Shown: piece by piece, positions 1 to 9,720 of the stretch | Position numbering within the stretch: position 1 is the stretch's first letter | Layout of the letters: each line of letters opens with the position of its first letter | From: an uncultured Leptospirales bacterium | GTDB lineage: Bacteria; Spirochaetota; UBA4802; UBA5368 | Length of the DNA stretch: 64,000 nucleotides | Direction: 5' to 3' | Assembly: GCA_964624235.1 (NCBI GenBank) | Contig: CAZUXY010000002.1 | Location: 35,668-99,667 of the forward strand | Translations under genes and position numbers: made by a program | The notes under the pieces: generated by a model | Told to the model about the DNA's origin: nothing | The model's database searches: none | The model's input: only the letters and a program-made list of their open reading frames with translations

Positions 1-2
1 GG

Positions 3-3000
3 CGGCACCTCCTCAACCTCCCTTCGGTAATTGAACCGCTCTGCATCGAAGAGGCCATGAGGAGCATGGACGGCAATGTCGATGCGGTCGTCTCGATGGG
101 GGGCGAGGACCTGGTGGTCTACACCGTGGACCGGGACAACAGGATTATTACGAGTTTTTCCGGCAACAAATGCGCCTCGGGAACCGGCGAGTTTTTCAGG
201 CAGCAGCTGGGGCGGATGGATATGTCGCTTGAAGATGTCGACCGCATTCCCGCGGATTCCCGTGTACTGAAGCTTTCCACCCGCTGTTCCGTTTTCATGA
301 AAAGCGATTGCACCCACCGGCTGAACAAGGGAGAGGCCACCAGGGGAGACATAGTGCTTTCCCTCTGCAACGTCATGGCGATCAAGGTTTCGGACTTTCT
401 GACGAAGGCCAGGATTACCGAGGGGCGCATAGCGCTTACCGGCGGTGTGACTAGAAATCCGCACCTTCTGGGCCTGCTGAGGGAGAAAATGCCCCGCCTG
501 GATATACTGGTGCCGGTACAGGCCCCGTTTTTTGAAGCCTACGGCGCCGCCCTCCTGGCCCGCAGTTCGGGAAAACCGCTGCCCTCTCTCAACCATATCG
601 CGCGGCCTCACAGTATTAAGTTTGACCGGTTTAAAAACCTTAACGCCGCCGCCGGGAGGGTGAAGTTTCTTCCTTCGAAAAAAGGAAAAGTTAAACCGGG
701 CCGGGAGTACCTCCTTGGGGTGGACGGAGGGTCCACCACCACCAAAGCGTGCCTGGTCGACATGGAGACCTCTGAAATCACCGCGTCATTTTACGGCCGC
801 ACCCACGGCGATCCGGTAGGGTCTCTGAAGAAATGCCTCGAAGAAATGAAAGCGCAGATACGCGACGATATCGGCGACGCGGAGATCGTTATATCCCAGG
901 CGGCGACCACCGGGTCATCGCGGGAGATCCTGGGGGTTTTTCTTGAAACGCCCGCGGTGTACAACGAAATCATCGCCCATTCCGTCGGCACCACCTTTTA
1001 CCAGGGCAACGTGGATACGATTTTCGAGATAGGCGGCCAGGACGCGAAATACGTACTGCTCAAGAACCGTGTCCCCATCGACTATGCGATGAACGAGGCC
1101 TGTTCGGCCGGCACCGGGTCCTTTCTCGAGGAATCCTGCCGCGGGGATCTCAACATCGAACATGCGTGGGAGATCGGCGATATAGCCCTCAAAGCCATGG
1201 AGCCCCTGAAGTTCGGCGAGCATTGCTCGGCCTTTATAAATTCGGACATACGCAAGGCCGTCCAGCAGGGGGCCTCCCGTGAGGACATCACCGCCGGGCT
1301 GGTTACCTCCATAGTATCGAATTACCTCAACCGTGTGGTGGGAAACCGCACCATCGGGAGCCATATAGTGCTTCAGGGGGGAGTGGCGCTCAACCGGGCG
1401 CTGCCGCTGGCATTTTCCCTTCTGCTGAACAAAGACATCATCGTTCCGCCAGACCCCGAGCTCATGGGTTGTTTCGGAGTGGCCCTGCTTGTAAGGGAAA
1501 AGATGCAGGAGGGGCTGATCGGGAAGAGCTCTTATCGATTAGACGGTATTCTCTCCACAGAGATCAGTTACGAGAAGGAATTCACCTGCCGCGGGTGCGA
1601 TAATTACTGTCCCATCAGGGTCCTCAGGGTGAACGAGCACCGTTACATGTTCGGCGGCCGGTGCAATAAATACGCGAACATGCGAAAGAAGAAAAGCATC
1701 GATGAATCAGGTATCGCCGATTTCATACAGATAAGGAACGATCTGCTGTTCGGGGGATGCGTCCCCGATCCGGGAACACTCTCGCTGAAATCAGATCTTA
1801 AAATTCTGGTGCCCCGCTGCTTTTCCGTGTACAGCCTGTGGCCTTTTTATTCGTGGTTTTTTCACGAACTGGGTGTCAGGGCCGAGCTGACGCGGGAGGT
1901 TTCTCCAGAGGGAGTGGCCAGGGTTGAGAGCGGATACTGTTTTCCCGCCGAGATCGCCCACGGTGCGGTGCAGACCGCCCTGGATGCGGGCTTTGATTAT
2001 ATTTTTCTTCCCCATTTCCGTGACCTGGAAAGCTACGAGCAGGAGGCGCCCGCTGGTTTCTGCCCCATTACCCAGGCCCTGCCTTATTACATACGGCAGG
2101 CGTTTCCCGAGATTGGTCCGGAGAAAATCCTCGCACCGGTGGTGAGTTTCAAATACGGGAAAGACAAGGCGCTGGAGTCTTTTACCGCCATGGGTAAAAC
2201 ACTGGGTTTCACCGGGGCCGAATCCAGAGCGGCATTTGAGAATGCGCTGCGGCGTCAGATAGAATATGAGGAAAAGTCGATGGCGCTGGGCGAGTCGGCC
2301 CTGGAGCATGCCCGGAAATCGGGTAAGCCCGTGATCGCGGTCCTTGGACGTCCCTACAACGCCTTCACGCAGGACGCGAACATGGGCATCCCCCGGAAGT
2401 TCACCTCTAGGGGCTACACCGTGATACCCTTCGATATACTGCCTTTCCGGGAAAAGGAGATATTTCCCAACATGTACTGGTATTACGGCCAGCAGAATAT
2501 GAAGACCGGCGTGCTGCTGAAAAACGAGCCTAACGTATTTGTGACTTACATATCCAACTTCTCATGCGCGCCGGATTCTTTCATGCTCCATTATCTGAAA
2601 TGGATCATGGGTACCAAACCCTTCCTTATACTGGAAATGGATTCACATACCGCCGACGCGGGCGTCGATACGAGAGTGGAGGCCTTTCTGGACATCATTG
2701 ACGGATTTCGCGCAAGGTACGAGGAACTCGGCGGGGAACGGTACGACAACGGTCTCAGGTTTATGGTCGGCGACGATCTATATGTGGTGAACCATGCAAC
2801 CGGGGAGCGGATTCCCGTGCGGCACAATCCCAGCGTGAAACTCCTGCTGGCTAATATGGGCCGCCTGGGCGCGGAGCTCCTGGCGGCTTCACTGCGCTCG
2901 GCCGGCATCAGCACCGTCGCGATGCCGCTCGCCGACGCGGCTACGGTCCAGATGGCAAGGAACTATGCATCGGGAAAGGAATGCCTCCCCTCGCACCTGG

Positions 3001-4127
3001 TGTTGGGGAGCGCCCTGCGGTACTTCGCCTCGGACAATTACCGCAAAGACGAACTGTACCTGCTCTTCGTCCCCTCCACCACCGGGCCGTGCCGCACGGG
3101 ACAGTACTTCGTTTTTTTCGAGAACCTGTTCCGCGACCTGCGGCTGGAAAACGTCGTGGTGGTCACCCTGAATTCGGACAACTCGTACAATGAACTGGGC
3201 CCGGTTTTCTCGAAACATGCCTGGTGGGGTTTATGCATCAGCGATTACATGAAAGACGTCGAGACGGTGCTGAGAGCCTGCGCCGCCGACCCGGTTAAGG
3301 CCATGGCGCGCTATGACGAACTCTGGCACGAACTGGTCGCCGTGGCCGAAAAGGACGTTACCGGCGTATTGCCGGCGCTGAAGCGAATTGCGCGTGAAAT
3401 AGCAAAGATCCCCCTGAAACGGCGTCCCGGGGAATGTCCTAAAGTACTTATAGTGGGAGAGATTTACGTGCGCCGGGATGATTTCGCCGTAGATGAACTG
3501 GTACAGCATTTCAGCGGCAGGGGCATCATCGCCAAGGTGTCGGGGATAACGGAGTGGATATATTACTGCGATCACACCCGCCGTCACGAACTGGTCAAGA
3601 AGCTGCGCCTGCTGCCGTGGTTCCGCAGGGTTTTTTCGGGCTCGTTCCGGGAGCTGATCGGCTGGCACATTGAGGCCGCCTATAAACACCGGGTCGAGGA
3701 CCGAATAAAAAGCGCACTGGGCATAACGGGCCTGCTGCCCGATACCCCCCACAATATGATCCGTATCATGGACAACGCGGAAAAATACTTCGTGACTGAC
3801 GAGCTGCATTCAGAGATCAGCGTTTCGAGTGGTGTCGCGGCGACCGCCATGATGAACGGTTACTCAGGGATCGTCAATATCGCCCCCTTCGCCTGTCTCA
3901 TCGGCAGGGTTATCGAAGGACTGATCACGCCGTGGGCGAGAAACCGGCGTTATCCCGTTATGTCGGTGGAGATAGACGGGAACCTCTTACCCCCCAATAT
4001 CGTGAGCAAACTGGAGATCTTCATGCTGAACGTGCTGCGGTTCAGGGACAATCCCGATATCGGGGAGATGATAGAGACCGGGAGCGGGGAACAGGCCCTG
4101 TTGAGCCGCAAGATCATGAAGGAATAA
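3..4127 (+). CDS. CoA-substrate-specific enzyme activase (2-hydroxyacyl-CoA dehydratase activator type; tandem BadF/BadG ATPase domains plus DUF2229-like region), 5' end off-window
   Basis: Frame is open from the window edge (RHLLNLPSVIEPLCIEEAM). Motifs NKCASGTG, GVDGGSTTTK, EIGGQDAK, MNEACSAGTG and the Fe-S cysteines STRCSVF and GEHCSAF. Confidence 0.9.
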   Translation, partial: RHLLNLPSVIEPLCIEEAMRSMDGNVDAVVSMGGEDLVVYTVDRDNRIITSFSGNKCASGTGEFFRQQLGRMDMSLEDVDRIPADSRVLKLSTRCSVFMKSDCTHRLNKGEATRGDIVLSLCNVMAIKVSDFLTKARITEGRIALTGGVTRNPHLLGLLREKMPRLDILVPVQAPFFEAYGAALLARSSGKPLPSLNHIARPHSIKFDRFKNLNAAAGRVKFLPSKKGKVKPGREYLLGVDGGSTTTKACLVDMETSEITASFYGRTHGDPVGSLKKCLEEMKAQIRDDIGDAEIVISQAATTGSSREILGVFLETPAVYNEIIAHSVGTTFYQGNVDTIFEIGGQDAKYVLLKNRVPIDYAMNEACSAGTGSFLEESCRGDLNIEHAWEIGDIALKAMEPLKFGEHCSAFINSDIRKAVQQGASREDITAGLVTSIVSNYLNRVVGNRTIGSHIVLQGGVALNRALPLAFSLLLNKDIIVPPDPELMGCFGVALLVREKMQEGLIGKSSYRLDGILSTEISYEKEFTCRGCDNYCPIRVLRVNEHRYMFGGRCNKYANMRKKKSIDESGIADFIQIRNDLLFGGCVPDPGTLSLKSDLKILVPRCFSVYSLWPFYSWFFHELGVRAELTREVSPEGVARVESGYCFPAEIAHGAVQTALDAGFDYIFLPHFRDLESYEQEAPAGFCPITQALPYYIRQAFPEIGPEKILAPVVSFKYGKDKALESFTAMGKTLGFTGAESRAAFENALRRQIEYEEKSMALGESALEHARKSGKPVIAVLGRPYNAFTQDANMGIPRKFTSRGYTVIPFDILPFREKEIFPNMYWYYGQQNMKTGVLLKNEPNVFVTYISNFSCAPDSFMLHYLKWIMGTKPFLILEMDSHTADAGVDTRVEAFLDIIDGFRARYEELGGERYDNGLRFMVGDDLYVVNHATGERIPVRHNPSVKLLLANMGRLGAELLAASLRSAGISTVAMPLADAATVQMARNYASGKECLPSHLVLGSALRYFASDNYRKDELYLLFVPSTTGPCRTGQYFVFFENLFRDLRLENVVVVTLNSDNSYNELGPVFSKHAWWGLCISDYMKDVETVLRACAADPVKAMARYDELWHELVAVAEKDVTGVLPALKRIAREIAKIPLKRRPGECPKVLIVGEIYVRRDDFAVDELVQHFSGRGIIAKVSGITEWIYYCDHTRRHELVKKLRLLPWFRRVFSGSFRELIGWHIEAAYKHRVEDRIKSALGITGLLPDTPHNMIRIMDNAEKYFVTDELHSEISVSSGVAATAMMNGYSGIVNIAPFACLIGRVIEGLITPWARNRRYPVMSVEIDGNLLPPNIVSKLEIFMLNVLRFRDNPDIGEMIETGSGEQALLSRKIMKE

Positions 4128-4164
4128 GGACGGTTCCGGCACTCCCGGCACTGCGGCGGAAGGA

Positions 4165-5700
4165 TTATTTCTTCCCCTTTTTACCGTAGTCTTCCCTCAG
4201 CTTGTATTTGAGCACTTTGCCTGAAACATTGCGTGGAAGGGCGGATACGGTTTCAAGAAGCCTCGGTATCTTGTAATCGGCGATCCTGGTTTTAAGGAAC
4301 GTCTTCAGTTCATCCAGGGTAATGGTCTCACCCTGCTTGGGCGCCACCACCGCCATTACGGTTTCGCCCCAGCTCGGGTGCGGCACGCCGATGATGGAGG
4401 CCTCCTGTACCTTCGGGTGTTCATAGATGGCGTCCTCCACTTCCTTGCTGTAGACGTTCTCACCCCCGGTTATGATCATGTCTTTCTTGCGGTCCACCAG
4501 AGTGATATAACCCTCATCGTCCATGACCCCCAGGTCGCCCGAATAGACCCACCCGTCGCGGATGGCTTCGGCGGTGGCCTCCGGGTTCTTGTAATAACCT
4601 TTCATGATGGTGTCGCCCCTGACACAGAGTTCGCCTATCACACCGGCTTCGGTGATGGTGTTTCCCTTTTCATCGGCGATGCGGCTTTCCATGTTGACGA
4701 CGTATTTACCGCCGGCGCCGGCTTTTCGTATCTGGTCTTCGGGCAGCAGCGCTATGCCGCCGGGCCCGCCCTCGGTGAAGCCGCAGAGGCAGAAGAAACT
4801 CTCGGTCTTGAACTTCTGTATCATCTGGCGCACCGATTCGGCCGCCATGGGGGCGGCCCCGTAGCCGTAAAAACGTACGGAGGAGAGATCGTACTTGTCG
4901 AAGTCGGGGACCAGCATCATGAAGCTGTACATTACCGGAGCGCCGAAAAACTGGGTGATCTTCTCGTTCTGGATCAGTGAGAGGATTTTATCGGGGATGA
5001 AGTCCTTTACCACGACATGGGTACACCCCAGATACGTACCCGGGTTGAGATAAAGGTTCAACTCGGCCGAATGAAAGAGCGGCGCCGCGTGCAGAACCCG
5101 GTCACTGGGATTGAGCCCTACAAGGCTCGATACCGTAGTGGTCAGCACTATCTGGTTGTGATGGGTGAGGACTGCCCCCTTCGGTCTGCCGGTAGTGCCC
5201 GAGGTGTAGATTATTTCGCTTTCATCAAATTCGCCGATCTCGATCCCGGGCTCGTCTTTCTTACCTGATGTCATGATGCCGGACAGGGTTTCGAACTCCT
5301 TGAAGGCGGCAGTTCCCGCGGAAATGAACTTTTTTATGTTTTTCAGACGGGGTTTCATTTCACGAACCGCCGGCTCAAACAGGTCATCGAAGATCAGTAC
5401 CCTGGCATCGCAGTGGTTGAAGATGTATTCCGCTTCGGGCGGCGCCAGCCTGAAGTTCACCGGTACAGCGACACAGCCTGCCTTTACCGTGCCGTAGAAT
5501 GCGAACACGAACATATCGGAATTGAACATCCACATTGCGACTTTGTCCCCTTTCTTGAGACCCAGTTTCAACAGTTCATTGGATACGGTATTGACCCGTT
5601 CGTTCACCTCCTTCCAGCGATATCGCCTGTCTTCGTAGACAAGCGCCTCTTTTTCGGGAATCATACGGGAGTTGCGCGCGACCAGTTCGCCTAAATTCAT
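4165..5700 (-). CDS. Long-chain fatty acid--CoA ligase (AMP-binding family)
   Basis: YTSGTTGRPKG P-loop, GFTEGG, SGDLG..D, DRKKDMIITGGENVY, terminal GKVLK; RBS GGAGG upstream. Confidence 0.93.
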   Translation of the reverse strand: MNLGELVARNSRMIPEKEALVYEDRRYRWKEVNERVNTVSNELLKLGLKKGDKVAMWMFNSDMFVFAFYGTVKAGCVAVPVNFRLAPPEAEYIFNHCDARVLIFDDLFEPAVREMKPRLKNIKKFISAGTAAFKEFETLSGIMTSGKKDEPGIEIGEFDESEIIYTSGTTGRPKGAVLTHHNQIVLTTTVSSLVGLNPSDRVLHAAPLFHSAELNLYLNPGTYLGCTHVVVKDFIPDKILSLIQNEKITQFFGAPVMYSFMMLVPDFDKYDLSSVRFYGYGAAPMAAESVRQMIQKFKTESFFCLCGFTEGGPGGIALLPEDQIRKAGAGGKYVVNMESRIADEKGNTITEAGVIGELCVRGDTIMKGYYKNPEATAEAIRDGWVYSGDLGVMDDEGYITLVDRKKDMIITGGENVYSKEVEDAIYEHPKVQEASIIGVPHPSWGETVMAVVAPKQGETITLDELKTFLKTRIADYKIPRLLETVSALPRNVSGKVLKYKLREDYGKKGKK

Positions 5701-6160
5701 TGAATGACCTCCTGTGTATAGTGGTTTGTAAACTTAAATAACGGGTCGCGGTCCCCGGCATAAATAATACAGGCAGGGGGAAAGGGGTGTAAGGACCGGG
5801 CGCGGTTTACGCAGGACCTCGGACCGTTGTTCAGAATGTATGTATTGCAACACAAAATATTTATGTGTTAACATATAATTTTTCAAGCATTATTTCATTT
5901 TATCGGTCGCAACACCGGCCTTTGTCTTCACGTCTGCGTGAGCGGGAAGTCATTCTGTTGCGGCTGTGAATTCAAGTGCCCCTTCGGCGGTGCAGGGGTT
6001 TTTTTTCTTGCTATAAAACTTAACCGTTCTATACTAATCGGGAATGATGTAAAACCGAGAAATGTAATGTTTTCCCGGCAATTGCACTACGGCGGGTTAA
6101 TGATAACCGGTTATCGTCACTTCGCGTAGCCGAACATCTTCCGGAGCGGCAAATCCAGAC

Positions 6161-9103
6161 ATGGCAGAAAAGAAAAAAAAATCCTCGGCACGCTCGTTGA
6201 TGAAAGATGAAGCGGAGGTAAAAGCCGGCAAAGAAAAAACCGTTGAGGCTTCAGATACCAAGGTGCCAGACCAGGGCCCTTCTCCGGCCCAACCCCGCGG
6301 GTCCGGGGCAAAAAGAAGAAGTTCACGCCCGCTCTCCCTGGCAATAACGCTCAACGCACTCAAGATATTGTGTATATGGGTCCCGTTGTCGCTGCTGTTT
6401 CTCCTGGTGCTGGTCTTACTTACGGCCCAGCTGTACCTTACGCCGCAAAGGGTGGAAAACCTTGTGGTGGCGGGTTTCAGGTCGGCCTCCCACGGCGATA
6501 TCTCGTTGAGGGTACGACGGTTCAATCCCTACCGGGGTTTTGTTATAGAAAATCTGGAGATCAGGAACGGAAAAGCGTTCGGTGGTACAAAGTTTCTGGA
6601 AATAGAGCGACTGGTGCTGGATTACCGTTTTTTCCCCCTCCTGATAGGCAACGTCTATTTCAATGAAATCGGCATTTATAAACCGCGAATATACCTCGAG
6701 CAGAAGAAAGGTGTCTGGAACGCCGCGGTTCTTATGAAGGAACCGGAGAAACCCACTGAAAAGAAAAAAGAGAAGAAAGAAGAAAAAAAACCCGTACCGA
6801 AAGCCTCTTCAAAAGAAATCAATCTTCCGGTTTCGGTAACGGTTAAGTTTAAATTTGTCCTTGAGGATTTAAGGGTTTACGCCAGAAGCGTGGCCTTCAC
6901 CTCGTCCATGGAAGGGTTGAGCGCGGGCATGGAAATTTACATTCCCCCTTTCAAGCGGATACCAAAATCCCTGGAAGCGGTCTCCATACTGGAGCGTATG
7001 AAGATCGTGCTGAACCCGCGGGAGGAAATGGATGTATCCTTCGTCTCAAAGGAGATCGGCGTACAGCCGCCGCTGGTCCTCACCTGGAAACTGTTGTATG
7101 AAAGAAAAAAAGAAGGACCGTCGGTGTTTACCAGCCTGTTCAAATTCGGCACCTATAAAACCCCGGTCCGGTTCAAGAGAACACACCTGGCCCCGCTGCA
7201 TTTCATGCTGAGCTACGACCTTTATTATGATCCTTCGGCTGACCGACTTTCGGTGAACCACTTCGGGCTCAGGTTTCTGGGCAGAAAATGGCTGTTCCTC
7301 ACGGGAACCGTGGACAGGGTGACCACGACCCAGAACGTGGACCTGAGGATGACCGAGAGCACCATTATGCTTGACGACCTTTATCCCTATTACCGCGCCC
7401 TTACGGCGGACCGGAACACCGTTTTCGGCGGCGCCCTTTCCCTCTGCCCCCTGTATATAAAGGGTACGCCGGCGAATATGGACATCAGGGGAGAGGTGAA
7501 CCTGCGCAACCTGAACTTCAAGAATCCCGCGGCGCAGGCCGCGGTGCCGCGACTGCAGGCCGCCTATACCGTGCTGAAACGGGGAGATTCCATGAAGGTG
7601 ACGTCAAGAATAAAGGCCCCCGTCTTCACCTACGCCCTGGGAAGAAACCGGTCGGGAGACAACGGAATCGATATCGGTCTGGATCTTAACGCGCTGGATG
7701 GATTTACGCGGGTGAAGCTCGACGGCCTGACAATGAGGTACTATAATCCGGCAAGCGGCAAGAACGCGCTCTTTGTATCAATGACCGGAGACGTGGGACT
7801 CAAGCCCGGAACGGCCGGCACCCTCCGCATGGAGACATTGAGGTTCGAAAAGGGGCCCATGCTCGATATGCTTCCGCGCAACATCCGCAAGACCCTGGCG
7901 TCGGTCCCGCTGAACCGTCCTGTAGACATGACCATAGACCTTACCTTCGGCATGGGTAAGGATTTTGTCAGGGCGGGACTGGGCATGCTGGTAAAGGTGC
8001 CCGATTTCGACATCAGCGACCTTACCGTAAGGGCCGACATGGTCCAGGATAACCGTAAAAAACGCGTCACCCTGAACAATGTGAGCGTCGGCAGCCGTTC
8101 GCGTAACCTGCTCGCGTCGATACGGGGCGCCGTGGACATGAAAACGCCGCCGCTTTCAGACTCGAACCTGAAAGTCTCGGTGAAACTGGACTCCCCTCAG
8201 ATGAACCCGGTGTACGGCGCCTGGAACGTTGCGGGGCTTGTGGAACTTTCGGCCGCTATGAAAGGAGATCTGAAAAACGGGAAGGCCTTCGGATCGGTGA
8301 GAATAAAAGATTTCAGCGTGAAAAACGTCCCGGCGAAGATGTATGTCGACGGCGTGAACATGAATTTCCCCTTCGAATACTACTTTACGCCGCGCTACAG
8401 GGGCGAAACCCGCCTGGTGGTCGACAAGACCAGCGTCATTGAAAACGAATTCTTCCGCGCCGGGGAAAACTTCTCCATAAGTTCAATCCGCGTGAAACAT
8501 CCTTCCCGGGACCGGCTGGTGGAATACCTGAAGGACTTCTCCGCCTCGATGTCGTTCAGGAACAATACCTTCGAGATCGTGACCCTGAAGGCCACGGTGC
8601 TCGACGGCACTCTGTACGGGAGGGACATCTTCTTCAACCTTGCCGACATGAAGACGCGGAACATGGAGTTCAGGCTGGTCATGGACGTGACCAACGTGGA
8701 TGTCGGCGTGCTGGACGATCCCGACCGGGCGAAGAAGATCCGTGACGCCGAGCTTTCGCTCAACGCGAACTTTTCTGGCCGCGGGGTAGATATACGAAGG
8801 GAACTGAATATGCAGGGATATGTAAATATATATAAAATCGGGGACAAGTTCGCCAATCGGCTTATGACGGGGCTCAGCGAAGAGAAGGGGAAGTCAAAGC
8901 TGGGCGCGATCGGACAGTTTGCCATGGATAATTCAATGAATGTGAAGGGTTTCAATTTCAACCTGGACAAGGGGCTGGTATACACCACCGTTACCCTGTC
9001 AAGGAGGGTGATCGGATACTTATTCGGGGTAAAAGATGAGAAAGTCGAATTTGAACGCATGCCCATCCAGGAGTATTTACGCAAGGTGAGAGAGGTGGAA
9101 TAA
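6161..9103 (+). CDS. AsmA-like / YdbH-like bridge-type envelope protein
   Basis: One N-terminal TM followed by a long beta-rich region; stop TAA overlaps the ATG of the DUF1318 gene, as in ydbH-ynbE-ydbL. Confidence 0.65.
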   Translation: MAEKKKKSSARSLMKDEAEVKAGKEKTVEASDTKVPDQGPSPAQPRGSGAKRRSSRPLSLAITLNALKILCIWVPLSLLFLLVLVLLTAQLYLTPQRVENLVVAGFRSASHGDISLRVRRFNPYRGFVIENLEIRNGKAFGGTKFLEIERLVLDYRFFPLLIGNVYFNEIGIYKPRIYLEQKKGVWNAAVLMKEPEKPTEKKKEKKEEKKPVPKASSKEINLPVSVTVKFKFVLEDLRVYARSVAFTSSMEGLSAGMEIYIPPFKRIPKSLEAVSILERMKIVLNPREEMDVSFVSKEIGVQPPLVLTWKLLYERKKEGPSVFTSLFKFGTYKTPVRFKRTHLAPLHFMLSYDLYYDPSADRLSVNHFGLRFLGRKWLFLTGTVDRVTTTQNVDLRMTESTIMLDDLYPYYRALTADRNTVFGGALSLCPLYIKGTPANMDIRGEVNLRNLNFKNPAAQAAVPRLQAAYTVLKRGDSMKVTSRIKAPVFTYALGRNRSGDNGIDIGLDLNALDGFTRVKLDGLTMRYYNPASGKNALFVSMTGDVGLKPGTAGTLRMETLRFEKGPMLDMLPRNIRKTLASVPLNRPVDMTIDLTFGMGKDFVRAGLGMLVKVPDFDISDLTVRADMVQDNRKKRVTLNNVSVGSRSRNLLASIRGAVDMKTPPLSDSNLKVSVKLDSPQMNPVYGAWNVAGLVELSAAMKGDLKNGKAFGSVRIKDFSVKNVPAKMYVDGVNMNFPFEYYFTPRYRGETRLVVDKTSVIENEFFRAGENFSISSIRVKHPSRDRLVEYLKDFSASMSFRNNTFEIVTLKATVLDGTLYGRDIFFNLADMKTRNMEFRLVMDVTNVDVGVLDDPDRAKKIRDAELSLNANFSGRGVDIRRELNMQGYVNIYKIGDKFANRLMTGLSEEKGKSKLGAIGQFAMDNSMNVKGFNFNLDKGLVYTTVTLSRRVIGYLFGVKDEKVEFERMPIQEYLRKVREVE

Positions 9104-9720
9104 TGAACTCTTGTGCACAATATGGCGTTTCGTTCATCCTGACGGCTTTCCTGGCCGCGACAGGATGCGCATCGAGTCAAAACTGCGCCGGTTTTCCCAG
9201 CTGTCTCGAGATTTCATCCCCCGACATTCACCTGACCGGCGAGAAGACCGTGATCGAACGGCAGATGGTGGGGGAATACCGGGAGCTGGAAAAGGACGCC
9301 TGGATCATCGCCTCGGTCAAGACCGGGGTGGGCGACGCCAAGGGTGCGCCCCCGGTGCTCGGCGGCGACGAGGTGCTCTTCAGGGCAATGAAGATACGGG
9401 AATTCAATTCAGACAAGCTGCGCCGCTATAAGGACCAGGGCGCCCTGGGCGAAGGGTCGACCGGGCTTATCGCCTACATTTCACACCGCACCTACGAGCA
9501 GGACGGCGAAGCGAAAAAACTGCTGATACGCGTCGTCGAAGACGAGAATAACGCGCGCAGGACCATCTTCCGCCGCAGCCTCGAGAAAGCCGGTATCGAA
9601 AAACCCGGCGGCGAAGCGGTCGAGGCCTTCGGGTCGCGTTTCGCAGAAGAGCAGCGTGCGCTTGCGCGCCGTAACGACTGGGTACAGGAAAAATCAGGTC
9701 AGTGGGTGAGGAAGAAATGA
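9103..9720 (+). CDS. DUF1318 / YdbL-family lipoprotein
   Basis: Lipobox-like AATGC; GEKTVIERQMVGEY; GALGEGSTGLI; VVEDENNARRTI; C-terminal WVQEKSGQWVRK typical of YdbL. Confidence 0.8.
   Translation: MNSCAQYGVSFILTAFLAATGCASSQNCAGFPSCLEISSPDIHLTGEKTVIERQMVGEYRELEKDAWIIASVKTGVGDAKGAPPVLGGDEVLFRAMKIREFNSDKLRRYKDQGALGEGSTGLIAYISHRTYEQDGEAKKLLIRVVEDENNARRTIFRRSLEKAGIEKPGGEAVEAFGSRFAEEQRALARRNDWVQEKSGQWVRKK

Noticed and set aside
5979-6006. CCCCT...AGGGG stem with a T tract upstream of the AsmA-like gene; possible attenuator
   Set aside because: Only a 5-bp stem with a large loop, and no aptamer or leader peptide identified.
6755-6790. A/G-rich low-complexity run in the AsmA-like gene as a phase-variable tract
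   Set aside because: It encodes an in-frame Lys/Glu linker and the frame is intact.
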